A stretch of DNA of 64,000 nt from an uncultured Trueperaceae bacterium. Its GTDB lineage: Bacteria; Deinococcota; Deinococci; Deinococcales; Trueperaceae. Numbering within the stretch: the stretch's first letter is position 1; every line of letters starts with the position of its first letter. The DNA is taken from the NCBI GenBank assembly GCA_963815215.1, contig CAWFFU010000004.1, forward strand, positions 96,001 through 160,000. The letters run 5' to 3'. The position numbers were made by a program, and so were the translations under genes. Below the pieces are notes generated by a model. It did no database searches. It was given only the letters and a program-made list of their open reading frames with translations, and was not told where the DNA came from. This document shows, one piece after another, positions 1-15,969 of this stretch.

Positions 1-1611
1 CCGCGCGAAGCGCTGCTGGACGCCGCCCTGCGGGCGGCAGCCGGCCTGGCCGCGGGAAGGTGGAGGCGCCCGCCGGTGCGCCGCCGGCCGGCGCAGCGGC
101 TGCAGCAGACGGCGCTGGCGCGCCCACTGGTATGGCGCAGCGCCGAGCGCAGCGTGGCGCGGGCGTCCGGCGGCCACTACCCGGCGCCGGCGCGGATCCT
201 GCGAGCGGTGCGCGACGGGGTCGAGCACGGCGCCGCGGCGGGGTTCGAGGCCGAGGCCAGCGCCTTCGCCGAGTTGCTGTTCACCCCTGAGGCGCGCGCC
301 CTCATCCACCTGTTCTTCGCGCAGTCCGCCGCCCGCAAGAACCCTTTCCGGGAGCTGGCGGAGCCGAGGCCGGTGGAGCGCATGGCGGTGATCGGGGCGG
401 GCCTGATGGGCTCGGGTATCGCGCAGGTGAGCGCGGAGCGGGGCCTGCGCGTGCTCCTCAAGGACCGCGAGCTGGCGCTGGCCGCCAGAGGCAAGGGCAT
501 GGTCTACCGGGGTCTTTCGCGGCGCGTGGGCAAGGGGGTCACGCCGTTCGAGCGCGACCGCGCGGTGGAGCGGGTGACGCTCGTCGACGATGACGCCTCG
601 CTGGCCGGCGTCCAGCTCACCGTCGAGGCGGTGTTGGAGGATGTCGAGCTCAAGCGCGAGGTGCTGCGAGCGGTGGAGGCCGCCACCGTCTCGGACCCCG
701 CCGCGCCCCCCGTCTACGCCAGCAACACCTCGGCCATCCCCATCGCGCACCTGGCGCAGGCGGCGACGTACCCGGAGGCCGTCGTGGGGATGCACTACTT
801 CTCGCCGGTGCCGCGCATGCCGCTGCTGGAGGTGGTCGTCACCGACGTCACCGCCGACTGGGCGACGGCGACAGCGGTGCAGGTCGGGCTCGACCAGGGC
901 AAGACCGTCATCACCGTTTCCGACGGCCCGGGCTTCTACACCACGCGGGTGCTCTCGCGCTACATGGCCGAGGCCCTGGCCTGCCTGCGGGAAGGCGCCG
1001 ACGTGACGCTGATCGACGAGGCCATGCGCCGCTACGGCTTCCCCATGGGTCCGTTCGAGCTGCTCGACGAGCTCGGCATCGACGTGGGGGCCAAGATCCA
1101 AGAGGTGCTGCAAGACGCCTTCGCCGGGCGCGGCGTGCCCCAGGACGACACGCTGCGGCGCCTCGTCGCCGCCGGGTTCAAGGGGCGCAAGGGGGGCAAG
1201 GGCTTCTACCGCCGCAAGGGCCGCGGACGCGCGCACGAGGTCGACCGCGGCGTGTACGCGGCGGCGGGTCTCGGCGCGCGGCGCTCCCTGCCCGAGGCCG
1301 AGGTGCGGGAGCGGCTGTCGCTGGCGATGCTGGACGAGGCGGTGCGCTGCCTCGACGAGGGCGTGCTGCGCTCGCCGGTCGACGGCGACGTGGGCGCCGT
1401 CTTCGGCTTCGCCTACCCTCCGTTCCTGGGCGGCCCCTTCTTCGAGGCCGACCGTGTGGGCGCGGCGGCGCTGGTGGAGCGCCTGCACGCGCTCGCGAGC
1501 CGCTACGGCGAGCGCTTCGAGCCCGCCGCCGGGCTGGTGCGCCGCGCCCTCAGCGGCGAGCGGTTCCACGCCGCGGGGTCCGGAGGCGATCGGGCGCCGG
1601 CCCCGCCCTGA
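1..1611 (+). CDS. fadJ: Fatty-acid oxidation multifunctional enzyme (enoyl-CoA hydratase / 3-hydroxyacyl-CoA dehydrogenase), 5'-truncated by the window
   Basis: Frame 1 is open from base 1. Motifs GHYPAP, VIGAGLMGSGIA, EAVLED, ASNTSAIPI, GMHYFSPV and GFPMGP, plus a duplicated 3HCDH C-terminal domain. Confidence 0.9.
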   Translation, partial: PREALLDAALRAAAGLAAGRWRRPPVRRRPAQRLQQTALARPLVWRSAERSVARASGGHYPAPARILRAVRDGVEHGAAAGFEAEASAFAELLFTPEARALIHLFFAQSAARKNPFRELAEPRPVERMAVIGAGLMGSGIAQVSAERGLRVLLKDRELALAARGKGMVYRGLSRRVGKGVTPFERDRAVERVTLVDDDASLAGVQLTVEAVLEDVELKREVLRAVEAATVSDPAAPPVYASNTSAIPIAHLAQAATYPEAVVGMHYFSPVPRMPLLEVVVTDVTADWATATAVQVGLDQGKTVITVSDGPGFYTTRVLSRYMAEALACLREGADVTLIDEAMRRYGFPMGPFELLDELGIDVGAKIQEVLQDAFAGRGVPQDDTLRRLVAAGFKGRKGGKGFYRRKGRGRAHEVDRGVYAAAGLGARRSLPEAEVRERLSLAMLDEAVRCLDEGVLRSPVDGDVGAVFGFAYPPFLGGPFFEADRVGAAALVERLHALASRYGERFEPAAGLVRRALSGERFHAAGSGGDRAPAPP

Positions 1612-1650
1612 GTCGCGGGGAGGGGGTCGCCGCGGGGGGCGGCGACGTCC

Positions 1651-2301
1651 TCACCCCTTCACGGCCAGCAACTCGCGGACCTCGGCGTCGGAGGTCTGCG
1701 GGAAGTCGCGGTACCAGCGGCCCACGGCCAGGAAGTCGTGGGGCGTGCCGAGGCACACCACCTCATCGGCCTCGCGGCGCAGCGCATCCGCCGCATCCGG
1801 GGCGGCGACCGGCGTGGCTACCACCAGGCGGGCAGGGGAGCGCCCGGGCGTAGCGCCGCGTAGCGCCGCCACCGCCGAACGCATGGTGGCGCCGGTCGCG
1901 ATGCCGTCGTCGACAAGCACCACGATCTTGGCACCGACGTCCGGTGCGGGGCGGTCGCCCCGGAACGCCCGCTCGCGGCGAGCGAGCTCGGCGGCCTCGG
2001 CGCGCGCGACCCGCTCGATGGTCGCCTCGCCCAAGCCCAGGTCGCGCACGATCGAGTCGTTGAGCACGCGGAACCCCCCACTGGCGACGGCGCCCAGCGC
2101 CAGCTCCTCGTGGCCGGGCACGCCGAGCTTGCGGACCACCAGCACGTCGAGCGGCGCGTGCAGCGCGCGCGCGACTTCCGCCGCCACCGGCACGCCGCCC
2201 CGCGGCAACCCCAGGACGATCACGTCTTGACGGTCCGCATAGGCCCTGAGGCGCCGGGCGAGCTCGCGGCCGGCTTCGCGGCGGTCCTCGAACGGCATCA
2301 T
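1651..2301 (-). CDS. Phosphoribosyltransferase family protein
   Basis: F.DR.EAG, LGLPRGGVPVA, VRKLGVPG.EELA.GA and the PRPP-binding VLVDDGIATGATM. Confidence 0.9.
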   Translation of the reverse strand: MMPFEDRREAGRELARRLRAYADRQDVIVLGLPRGGVPVAAEVARALHAPLDVLVVRKLGVPGHEELALGAVASGGFRVLNDSIVRDLGLGEATIERVARAEAAELARRERAFRGDRPAPDVGAKIVVLVDDGIATGATMRSAVAALRGATPGRSPARLVVATPVAAPDAADALRREADEVVCLGTPHDFLAVGRWYRDFPQTSDAEVRELLAVKG

Positions 2302-2458
2302 GAGTCAACCCCCGTCCGGAGTGCGACGTTCAAGGGCGGGTCTCGTGCCGCTCACCCCACGCGAGGCCCGGCCCGGTGACACAGATGTCTCCTCTGGCCC
2401 CAGTGAAGCACAGCCGAGCCCGGCGCGGGTCCCTAGAAGTCCGACAGCGAGGTGGGGC

Positions 2459-3676
2459 TCAGTCCGCCAGGTGGCCCAGCTTCGCGATCTTGGTGTTGAG
2501 GTAGCGCTCGTTGTACGGATTGTGGCCCGCGTGGAGCGGCACGCGCTCCACGATCTCCATGCCGTAGCCCTCCAGCGCGGCCACCTTGCGCGGGTTGTTG
2601 GTCAGCAGGCGGATCTTCCGGACCCCCAGATCGGCGAGGATCTGTGCGCCGATGCCGTAGTCGCGCAGGTCGGGCGCGAAGCCGAGCTGCTCGTTGGCCT
2701 CGACCGTGTCCGCCCCTTCGTCCTGCAGGCGGTAGGCGCGGATCTTGTTGAGCAGGCCGATGCCGCGCCCCTCCTGACGGAGGTAGACCAGCACCCCCCG
2801 GCCCGCGTCCGCGATCGCCTTGAGCGCGGCATCGCGCTGCGACCCGCAGTCGCAGCGCAGGCTGTGCAGGGCGTCGCCGGTCAGGCACTCGGAGTGCATG
2901 CGCACCAACACCGGATCCCCGCTCGACACGTCGCCGAGCACCATGGCGACGTGCTCGTTGTCGTTGAGCTCGTCGCGGTAGCCGACCACCGTGAACTCCG
3001 CCCAGGGCGTGGGGAGGCGGGCGCTGTCGACCCGTCGCACGAACACCCCCTTGCGCAAGCGGTAGGCGATGAGGTCGGCGATGGAGCCGACCTTCAGGCC
3101 GTGATCGGCGGCGAAGGCGCCGATGGCGGGCAAGCGCATCATCGAGCCGTCGTCGTGCATCAGCTCCGACAGGGCCGCCGCCGGCTTCATCCCGGCCAGC
3201 GCGCACAGGTCGACGGCGGCCTCGGTGTGGCCGGCACGCCGCAGCACGCCGCCCTGGCGGGCCCGCAGCGGGAACACGTGGCCGGGGCGCGCGAGATCGG
3301 CGGCGCTGACGCCGTCGCGGATCGCCGCCTGGATGGTGGTGGCGCGGTCCTTGGCGCTGATGCCGGTGGTGACGCCCTCCCTGGCCTCGATGGTGACCGT
3401 GAAGGCGGTGCTCCGGCGCGCCGTGTTGTGGGCCACCATCGGCGGCAGGTCGAGCCGGTCGGCCTGCTGGTCGGTCAGCGCCAGGCACACCACGCCGCCG
3501 GTGTAGCGGATGACGAAGGCGAGGTTCTCGGTGGTGACCCGCTCGGCCGCGATGATGAGGTCACCCTCGTTCTCGCGGTTCTCGTCGTCGACGAGGATGA
3601 CCGGGCGACCCGCGCGGAGCTCCTCGACGAGCTCCTCCACGGGCGCCAGCTCGGTGCGGGGTGTCGCGTCGTCCAT
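2459..3676 (-). CDS. ribBA: Bifunctional DHBP synthase / GTP cyclohydrolase II
   Basis: [47 protein letters not shown] and LLTNNP. Start taken at the ATG (MDDAT...) next to the ribE stop. Confidence 0.96.
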   Translation of the reverse strand: MDDATPRTELAPVEELVEELRAGRPVILVDDENRENEGDLIIAAERVTTENLAFVIRYTGGVVCLALTDQQADRLDLPPMVAHNTARRSTAFTVTIEAREGVTTGISAKDRATTIQAAIRDGVSAADLARPGHVFPLRARQGGVLRRAGHTEAAVDLCALAGMKPAAALSELMHDDGSMMRLPAIGAFAADHGLKVGSIADLIAYRLRKGVFVRRVDSARLPTPWAEFTVVGYRDELNDNEHVAMVLGDVSSGDPVLVRMHSECLTGDALHSLRCDCGSQRDAALKAIADAGRGVLVYLRQEGRGIGLLNKIRAYRLQDEGADTVEANEQLGFAPDLRDYGIGAQILADLGVRKIRLLTNNPRKVAALEGYGMEIVERVPLHAGHNPYNERYLNTKIAKLGHLAD

Positions 3677-3677
3677 G

Positions 3678-4403
3678 TCAGCCCTCCCCGCCGGCGGCGA
3701 CCGCGACCGAGGCCCGCCCGGTCGCGCCCGCACCGTCCTTGTGCGTGTCGCCATCGCCCGCGGCAGGATCATCGACGGCGCCGTCGTCGTCGAAGGCCAG
3801 CAGGCGTTCGACGTGGCGCGCCAGCACGTCGGCCTCCAGGTTGACCAGGCTGCCCGGCTCGAGCTCGCCCAGCGTGGTCACCTCCAGCGTGTGCGGGATC
3901 AGCCACAGCGTGAACTCGTTCGCCGCCAGCGCCCCGTCGCTGCCCGCAGGCCCGCCCACATCGACGACCGTCAGGCTCACCCCGTCCACCGTGACGGAGC
4001 CCTTGGGGATGAGGTAGCGCGCCAATCGCTCCGGCGCGCGCACGCTCAGCACGAACGCGCCCGGCTCGCTGCGTTTGGTCAGCACCTCGCCGGCGCCTTC
4101 GACGTGCCCGCTCACCACGTGCCCGCCGAAACGCCCGTCGGACCTCAGCGCCCGTTCCAGGTTGACGCGGCTGCCCGGCGTCCAGCGGGGCGCCGTCCTG
4201 GCAACGCTCTCCTTGGAGAGCTCCACCTCGAAAGCCCCGTTCCCGACGCTGATCGCGGTGAGGCAGCAACCGGAGACCGCGACCGAGTCGCCGATGCCAA
4301 GGTCCTCCAGGACCCGGTCCGCTTCGATGCCGACGCGCACGTCGCCGCCGTCGTCGACGGCGGTGCGCACCACGCCTACTTCTTCGATGATGCCCGTGAA
4401 CAT
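3678..4403 (-). CDS. ribE: Riboflavin synthase (alpha chain)
   Basis: Starts [48 protein letters not shown] and IPHT. Confidence 0.96.
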   Translation of the reverse strand: MFTGIIEEVGVVRTAVDDGGDVRVGIEADRVLEDLGIGDSVAVSGCCLTAISVGNGAFEVELSKESVARTAPRWTPGSRVNLERALRSDGRFGGHVVSGHVEGAGEVLTKRSEPGAFVLSVRAPERLARYLIPKGSVTVDGVSLTVVDVGGPAGSDGALAANEFTLWLIPHTLEVTTLGELEPGSLVNLEADVLARHVERLLAFDDDGAVDDPAAGDGDTHKDGAGATGRASVAVAAGGEG

Positions 4404-4404
4404 C

Positions 4405-5595
4405 TCAGGCCTCCTTCGTTCCATCGGGGTCGACCGCCGCGGGCTGCGGGTAACGCACCCGGCCGGTCACCAGCAGGTCGTCGTCGAGCGTCTCGGTCAC
4501 AACATCGGACAGCGTCAGGGCGTCCTCCATGCGGGCGACGCCGATGCCGCCGAGGGGGCTGGCGCCCGCTCCGCCGAGCAGTTTGGGACCGACGAACCAG
4601 GCCACGCGGTCGACCGCCTGCGCTTCGAAGAACGCCCAGGCCAGGGTGCCGCCCCCTTCCAGCAGCAAGCTGGTCACGCCGCGCTCGAGCAGCGCCGGCA
4701 GGGCGGCGCGCACGTCGGTGCGCCCCTGCGTCTCGTCGGTCGTGATGATGTCGGCGCCCCGTTCGCGCAGCGCCGCCAGGCGCTCCGGTGACGCCTTGCG
4801 GGTGACGAACAGCAGGACCCGGGCCGGCACGCCGCGGTCGTCCGGCTCGAAGAGCCGGGCCGTCACCGGTGTGCGCGCCACCGAATCGAACACCACCTTG
4901 ACCGGGGTGCGCCCCCCCTCGATGCGGCTGGTGAGCAGCGGATCGTCGAGCAGCACGGTGTTGATGCCGACCGCCACGGCGTCGAGCTCGTCGCGCCAGC
5001 GCTGCACGCGTTCGCGCGAGGCCTCGCCCGTGATCCAGCGCGAGCGGCCGGTGCGCGTAGCGATCTTGCCGTCGAGCGTCATGGCTGTCTTGTAGAGCAC
5101 GAAGGGTCGGCGCTCGAGCTGGGCGATGCGGAACACCTCGTTCTGAGCCTCGGCCCGCTCCCGGCCGAGCCCTACCTCGACCTCCACCCCGGCCTCGCGC
5201 AGCCGTCGCACGCCGGCCCCGTCGGTGACAGGGTTGGGATCGAGTGCCGCGACCACCACGCGGCGCACGCCGGCGGCGATCAGTGCCTCGCTGCACGGCG
5301 GGGTGCGACCGCTGTGGTCGCAGGGCTCGAGGGTGACGTAGGCCGTCGCCCCTCGGGCGCGCTCGCCCGCCGCCCGCAGCGCCTCCGCCTCGGCGTGGGG
5401 TTCGCCCGCGCGGCGGTGCCAGCCTTCGCCCACGACGGTGCCGCCGTTCACCAGCACGCAGCCCACCATGGGGTTGGGCGACACGCGCCCGCGCCCGTGC
5501 TCGGCCAGCGCCAGCGCGCGCTCCATGTGGAGCGCGTCGGCGGCCGGCGGGGAGCCTTCCCGCGTCGGTGCATGGTCGTTCTCGCGTTCAGCCAT
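4405..5595 (-). CDS. ribD: Diaminohydroxyphosphoribosylaminopyrimidine deaminase / reductase
   Basis: SPNPMVGCV, HAE, TLEPCDH.GRTPPC, K.AMTLDGKIA and LLEGGG. Start is uncertain: ATG 5595, or in-frame GTG/CTG at 5631/5628. Confidence 0.95.
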   Translation of the reverse strand: MAERENDHAPTREGSPPAADALHMERALALAEHGRGRVSPNPMVGCVLVNGGTVVGEGWHRRAGEPHAEAEALRAAGERARGATAYVTLEPCDHSGRTPPCSEALIAAGVRRVVVAALDPNPVTDGAGVRRLREAGVEVEVGLGRERAEAQNEVFRIAQLERRPFVLYKTAMTLDGKIATRTGRSRWITGEASRERVQRWRDELDAVAVGINTVLLDDPLLTSRIEGGRTPVKVVFDSVARTPVTARLFEPDDRGVPARVLLFVTRKASPERLAALRERGADIITTDETQGRTDVRAALPALLERGVTSLLLEGGGTLAWAFFEAQAVDRVAWFVGPKLLGGAGASPLGGIGVARMEDALTLSDVVTETLDDDLLVTGRVRYPQPAAVDPDGTKEA

Positions 5596-5632
5596 TCGAA
5601 CCCGCGCCCGGCGATCGCCGCGGCGCAGCACA

Positions 5633-5786
5633 CCTCCTTCTCTCATCCGGACTGTCACCGTCGGTACCGGAATCGCACCGGTTCGGGCCCGCCACTCGGC
5701 GAAGGCTTCGCGGACTCGGACGCGCGCAGTCGGGCTGCGCACCGTCCTCACCGCCGGTCGGGAATTTCACCCTGCCCTGAAGGATG
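5633..5786 (-). ncRNA. FMN riboswitch (RFN element)
   Basis: Minus strand reads ATCCTTCAGGGCAGGGTGAAATTCCCGACCGGCGGT...AGTCCGCGA...CCGGTGCGATTCCGGTACCGACGGTGACAGTCCGGATGAGAGAAGGA. These are the conserved RFN blocks, directly upstream of ribD-ribE-ribBA. Confidence 0.96.
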
Positions 5787-5979
5787 TCGAGTTGTGGAGG
5801 CCGTCATCGGCCTCGCACCCATTGTAGGCGAGGCGCGCGCGCCGGGTGTAGTCGGAACGTCCCGTCCGAGCCGCCGATCGCTCCGGTCGTGGGCGCGGAG
5901 ACGGCTCCGCGCCGTCGGCACCGGCCGCTGCCGACGGCGGCGCGCACGCCGCCGGGAGGCTTGGTAGCATCGCCCCACG

Positions 5980-7232
5980 ATGACCCACCCCGATGCTCCG
6001 GCTCCCTCCGATGGCGCGGCCTTCGAGGCGCGCCTGACCACCTACGCCGACCTGCTCGTGAAGGTAGGCGTGAACCTGCAACCCGGTCAGGGCCTGCTGG
6101 TGCGGGCCCAGACCGAGGCCGCCCCGCTGGTGCGCAAGGTCGTCGAGACGGCCTACCGGTTGGGCTCGCCGCTCGTCGACGTGTCCTGGTCCGACGACGA
6201 GGTGACGCGCGCGCGCTTCCTGCACGCTCCCGCCGACAGCTTCGAGCGCGTGCCGACGTGGCGCGCCGACGGCCACCTGGCGATGGCGCAGCAGGGTTTC
6301 GCCTCCCTGGCCATCCTCAGCGACGACCCCGACCTGCTGGCCGGCACCGAGCCGGAGCGCTGGGCCACCTACGCCCGCGCCTGGCAGCGCGCCAACCGCG
6401 CCTACCAGCAGATCGCGATGAGCGACGGCATCGCCTGGAGTGTGGCCGGCAACGGCGGGCTGGCCTGGGCGCGCAAGGTGTTCCCCGGCGTCGAGGACGG
6501 CCAGGCCGTCGCCAGCCTGTGGGATGCGATCTTCGCCGCCAGCCGGGTGACCGCGTCGGACCCGGTGGCGGCGTGGGAGCAGCACAACGCCCGCATCAAG
6601 GGCTGGGGGGCGCGGCTGAACGCCCGCCGCTACGCGGCGGTGCGCTTCCGCGGCCCCGGCACCGATCTGCGCGTCGGCCTCGCCGACGGCCACAGTTGGG
6701 AGGGCGGGAGCGCCGCGACCCCCGACGGCACGCGCTTCATGCCCAACATGCCCACCGAAGAGATCTTCACCGCGCCCCACCGCGAGCGCGTCGACGGCGT
6801 CGTCAAGGCCAGTATGCCGCTGGCCAACGGCGGCTCGGTCATCGACGACTTCACGCTGCGCTTCGAGAACGGCGCGGTGGTTCAGGCGCGCGCCGGCACC
6901 GGGCAGGCCGCGCTGGACCGCATCCTCGACACCGACGAGGGTGCCCGGCGGCTGGGTGAGGTCGCGCTGGTGCCGGCCTCCAGCCCCATCGCCCGCACCG
7001 GGGTGCTGTTCTTCGAGACCCTGTTCGACGAGAACGCCGCCAGCCACATCGCGCTGGGCCGCGCCTACCCGACCACGGTGGAGGGCGGCGCCGCCATGCG
7101 CGAGGAGGACGCCCGCGCGGCCGGCCTCAACGACTCGCTCGCCCACGTCGACTTCATGATCGGCTCGGCCGCGATGGACGTCGACGGCGAGACCGCGGAC
7201 GGGCGGCTCGAGCCCGTGATGCGCTCGGGAGA

Positions 7233-7248
<16 letters not shown>
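5980..7248 (+). CDS. Aminopeptidase, M29 family (AmpS/AmpT type)
   Basis: [39 protein letters not shown] and [12 protein letters not shown]. Confidence 0.92.
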
Positions 7249-9623
<2,375 letters not shown>

Positions 9624-9636
9624 GGCCCGGCGTCGC

Positions 9637-11604
9637 TCAGCGCACCTCGCTGCCGTCGGGGAGGTCCGCCTCGAGCGTGGCCACGCTCAGGTTGCCCCCC
9701 TCGTCCTCGGCGGCCAGGATCATCCCCTCGGAGCGCACGCCGCGCAGCGTCACTGGCTTCAGGTTCGCCACCAGGATGAGCTTCTTGCCCACCAGGTCCT
9801 CGGGCGCGTAGTGCTCCCGGATGCCCGACACCACGGTGCGGGTCTCGGGACCCATGCGGACGCTGAGCACCAGCAGCTTGTCGGCGTTGGGGTGAGGCTC
9901 GGCCTTCTCGACGGTGACGACGCGTAGCTCGACCTGAGAGAAGTCGTGGATGGAGATCTCCGCCTTGTGCTCGAGCGGTTCGACCTCGGGCTCGGCCATG
10001 GCCTTCTCGAGGGCCTCCAGGTCGATGCGCGGGAACAGCGGCTCGCCGGGCGCGGTGTGGGTGCCGGCCGGCACCAGGCCCCACTGCGCAGCGCTGTCGA
10101 GATCGAAGGGCGCGCGCTTGATGCCGAGCTGCTTGCGCAGCTCGCGGGCCTTGCCTGGGATCACCGGCTCGAGCAGGATGCTGGCGCAGCACAGCGCCTC
10201 CACGCAGGTGTTGAGCACGGTATCGAGGCGGGCACTCTGGCCGGGATCCTTGGCGAGCTCCCAGGGAGCGGTCTCGCTGATGTACTTGTTGGCCTTGCGC
10301 ACCGCTTCCATCACCGTCTCCAGGGCGCGGTCGAACTGGAGGTCGTCGAAGCGCCGGCTCACCTGTTCCGGCAGCGCGGTGAAGCTGGCCTTCAGCTCCT
10401 CGTCGATGGGGCTTAGCTCGCCCGCGGCCGGGACCACCCCGTCGCGGTAGCGCGCCAGCATGCCGAGGGTGCGGTTGAGCAGGTTGCCGAGGTCGTTGGC
10501 CAGGTCGGCGTTGATGCGCTCGGCGATGCCGGTCTCGCTGAAGCTGGCGTCGAGGCCGAAGTTCATGTCGCGCATCAGGAAGTAGCGGAAGGCGTCGTTG
10601 CCGTACTTGCGCTGCAGGTCGAGCGGCCGGATGACGTTCCCCAGCGACTTGCTCATCTTGCGCTCGTTGACGAGCCAGTAGCCGTGCACGTTCAGGTGGT
10701 GGTACAGCGGGATGCCGGCGGCCTTGAGCATGATCGGCCAGAACAGACCGTGGGGCTTGACGATGTCCTTGGCGATGAAGTGCTCCACGTGGGGCCAGTA
10801 GCGCGCCTCCAAACCCTTGGAGGCGAGCGCCGAGTAATAGTTGATGAGGGCGTCGAACCACACGTAGGTGACGTGCTCCTCGTCCCACGGCAGCGGGATG
10901 CCCCAGGGCACGCGCTTGCGCGGCCTGCTGATGGAGAGGTCCCCGATGGGCTCGCGCAGCATGGCGAGCACCTCGTTGCGGTAGCGCTCGGGGCGGATCA
11001 GCTCGGGGTTCTCCTCCAGCGTCTCGCGCAGCCACGGCCGGTACTTCTCCATGCGGAAGAAGTAGTTCGCCTCGGTGCGGTACTCGGGCGGCTCGTCGGA
11101 GTCGGGGCACTTGCCGTCGACGATCTCCTTCTCGGTCACGAAACGCTCGGCGCCCACGCAGTAGAGGCCGGAGTACTCGCCGTAGAAGATGTCGCCACTG
11201 TCGTAGACGCGCTGCAAGACCTCGCGCACCACCTTCTGGTGGCGCTCCTCGGTGGTCCGGATGAACTCGTCGTACTGGATGCCGAGCCGGTCCCAGGTGG
11301 CCCGGAACTGCGCTGCCACGTCGTCGACGTACTGCTGCGGCGTCTTGCCCGCCTTGTCCGCGGCCTTGGCGACCTTCTCGCCGTGCTCGTCGGTGCCGGT
11401 CAGGAAGAAGGTGTCGTCGCCGCGCAGCCGGTGGAAGCGGGTGACGACATCGACCAGCGTGGTCGTGTAGGCGTGGCCGATGTGGGGCGCGGCGTTGACG
11501 TAGAAGATCGGCGTGGTGGCGTAGAAGGTGCCGCGCCGGCGCTCCTCCTGGGTGTCGCCGTACCGGTCGGGTCGCGTGTCCACTGGGGTCTCGGCTGTGT
11601 CCAT
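9637..11604 (-). CDS. metG: Methionine--tRNA ligase with C-terminal tRNA-binding (Trbp111-like) domain
   Basis: TTPIFYVN..PHIGH, LTGTDEHG, YVWFDAL, KMSKS and C-terminal HPNADKL...NLKP..LRG..SEGMIL. SD GGAGG precedes ATG 11604. Confidence 0.96.
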   Translation of the reverse strand: MDTAETPVDTRPDRYGDTQEERRRGTFYATTPIFYVNAAPHIGHAYTTTLVDVVTRFHRLRGDDTFFLTGTDEHGEKVAKAADKAGKTPQQYVDDVAAQFRATWDRLGIQYDEFIRTTEERHQKVVREVLQRVYDSGDIFYGEYSGLYCVGAERFVTEKEIVDGKCPDSDEPPEYRTEANYFFRMEKYRPWLRETLEENPELIRPERYRNEVLAMLREPIGDLSISRPRKRVPWGIPLPWDEEHVTYVWFDALINYYSALASKGLEARYWPHVEHFIAKDIVKPHGLFWPIMLKAAGIPLYHHLNVHGYWLVNERKMSKSLGNVIRPLDLQRKYGNDAFRYFLMRDMNFGLDASFSETGIAERINADLANDLGNLLNRTLGMLARYRDGVVPAAGELSPIDEELKASFTALPEQVSRRFDDLQFDRALETVMEAVRKANKYISETAPWELAKDPGQSARLDTVLNTCVEALCCASILLEPVIPGKARELRKQLGIKRAPFDLDSAAQWGLVPAGTHTAPGEPLFPRIDLEALEKAMAEPEVEPLEHKAEISIHDFSQVELRVVTVEKAEPHPNADKLLVLSVRMGPETRTVVSGIREHYAPEDLVGKKLILVANLKPVTLRGVRSEGMILAAEDEGGNLSVATLEADLPDGSEVR

Positions 11605-11643
11605 GTCGTCCTCCGAGGTTCGGCCGGGAAGGGCCCACGAGCC

Positions 11644-11674
11644 AAGAAAGAAGGGCGCCGTCCAGACGGCGCCC
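11644..11674 (-). terminator. Intrinsic terminator in the metG leader
   Basis: Minus strand GGGCGCCGTC-TG-GACGGCGCCC followed by TTCTTTCTT, 40 nt upstream of the metG start. Confidence 0.8.
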
Positions 11675-11697
11675 ACGACCCTACCGAGCGTGCCCGC

Positions 11698-11739
11698 TCA
11701 GTCGGATCCAGGGCGGCATCCCGTCATTCGCCGGTTCAT
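11698..11739 (-). CDS. Putative leaderless leader peptide MNRRMTGCRPGSD (metG attenuator uORF)
   Basis: TAGACT -10 box (11747-11752), 7 nt, ATG, then 13 codons and TGA. Followed by a hairpin and the terminator. Confidence 0.6.
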   Translation of the reverse strand: MNRRMTGCRPGSD

Positions 11740-11924
11740 GGCACCGAGTCTAGCAGACGGCGAGCACGGTGCGCTGTCGGATCCGACGGCGGGCGGCGGC
11801 CGCTCCGTCGGGCCGGCTCGCGGACGGCGACGGGCCCGGGACCTCGCCCTCCCGGCCCATCGCCGTCGTCGTGCGCCCCGTGCGCCCCGTGCGCGCCCGC
11901 GGCACACGGTGGCACAATGTAGGC

Positions 11925-15099
<3,175 letters not shown>

Positions 15100-15166
15100 C
15101 GGTATCCGCGCGGCGGGTGCCGGACCTGCACACGCCTTCGGGCCATCGGCCCCGTACAATGGTCCC

Positions 15167-15541
15167 ATGATCATGACTCCCGACGAGCGCGTCCTCGAGG
15201 CTCGTGCCGCGGTGTTGCGCGTTGCCGTCCCGGCCGGTGTCCGGGTGAGTTTCGGAGACGGGCGCCGGCGCAGCGATCTGACGCTGGCGCTGCTTCGTGG
15301 CGAGCGGCTGTCGGTGTTGACGTTGGCACCGCGCCTGCTCGAGCAGGTCCCCGCCGACATCGAGATCGTCCGGAGCGCGCACGTCGGCCAGAGTTACGAG
15401 CTGATGATGGCGCTGACCGAGAGGCTCGAGCAGCAGCCGTTGCGCTCGCCCGAGCGGCGGGCCAAGCTGCGTCAGCTCGCCGAGGAGCCGGTGCCCGACG
15501 ACGAGACGGCCACCCTCCTCGAAGCCGGCGATCCGGCCTGA
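15167..15541 (+). CDS. Hypothetical protein (124 aa)
   Basis: Leaderless TACAAT-6-ATG and plausible globular sequence. No family recognised. Confidence 0.6.
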   Translation: MIMTPDERVLEARAAVLRVAVPAGVRVSFGDGRRRSDLTLALLRGERLSVLTLAPRLLEQVPADIEIVRSAHVGQSYELMMALTERLEQQPLRSPERRAKLRQLAEEPVPDDETATLLEAGDPA

Positions 15542-15639
15542 GCGGCGGCCGGTCCCGACCCCCCGGTCCAGCCGAATGTCCGTCGTGAACGCGTGCCGGC
15601 GTCCCGGGGCGCGAGCGCCCGGCGCGTACGCATACCCTA

Positions 15640-15668
15640 TTGCATAAGCCGTAACCTCGTGCTAGAAT
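15640..15668 (+). promoter_or_regulatory. Strong sigma70-type promoter
   Basis: TTGCAT, 17 nt, TAGAAT, with an extended -10 TGn. Confidence 0.8.
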
Positions 15669-15743
15669 CTTTCGCCGGGGACGAAGGTCCCCTAGCGGCG
15701 GCCCACAAGGGCCCCAGCCCACGACAGCAAGGAGGTGAGGTCG

Positions 15744-15908
15744 ATGATCGAGATCATGGTTGTGCACGCTTCGGAGTCCGTCCGTTGCGCCGTCGGCCTG
15801 CGCCCCTTCGCCGACGTCGCCCAGACGGGCGCCGGAGCGGCCGGCTGGGGCGCCGGTGCACGCCGCTCGCTCGAGGAGGGTCCTCCCCAGGACCGCGGGT
15901 CTGCCTAG
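15744..15908 (+). CDS. Putative leader peptide (uORF), 54 aa, MIEIMVVHAS...SLEEGPPQDRGSA
   Basis: Strong SD AAGGAGGTGA before the ATG. The stop lies inside the hairpin GGTCTGC-CTA-GCAGACC and a terminator follows. Not in the supplied ORF track (<60 aa). Confidence 0.6.
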   Translation: MIEIMVVHASESVRCAVGLRPFADVAQTGAGAAGWGAGARRSLEEGPPQDRGSA

Positions 15909-15937
15909 CAGACCTCGACCCGACACCCGTTGTCGGC

Positions 15938-15969
15938 CCTCGGCGAGCTCTTCGCCGAGGTTCTTTTTT
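15938..15969 (+). terminator. Intrinsic terminator (attenuator-like)
   Basis: CCTCGGCGA-GCTCT-TCGCCGAGG followed by TTCTTTTTT. Confidence 0.85.

Noticed and set aside
11604..11760. T-box or SAM riboswitch upstream of metG
   Set aside because: No T-box GGTGGxACC sequence or stem I, no SAM-I core, and the leader is too short. The uORF model fits better.
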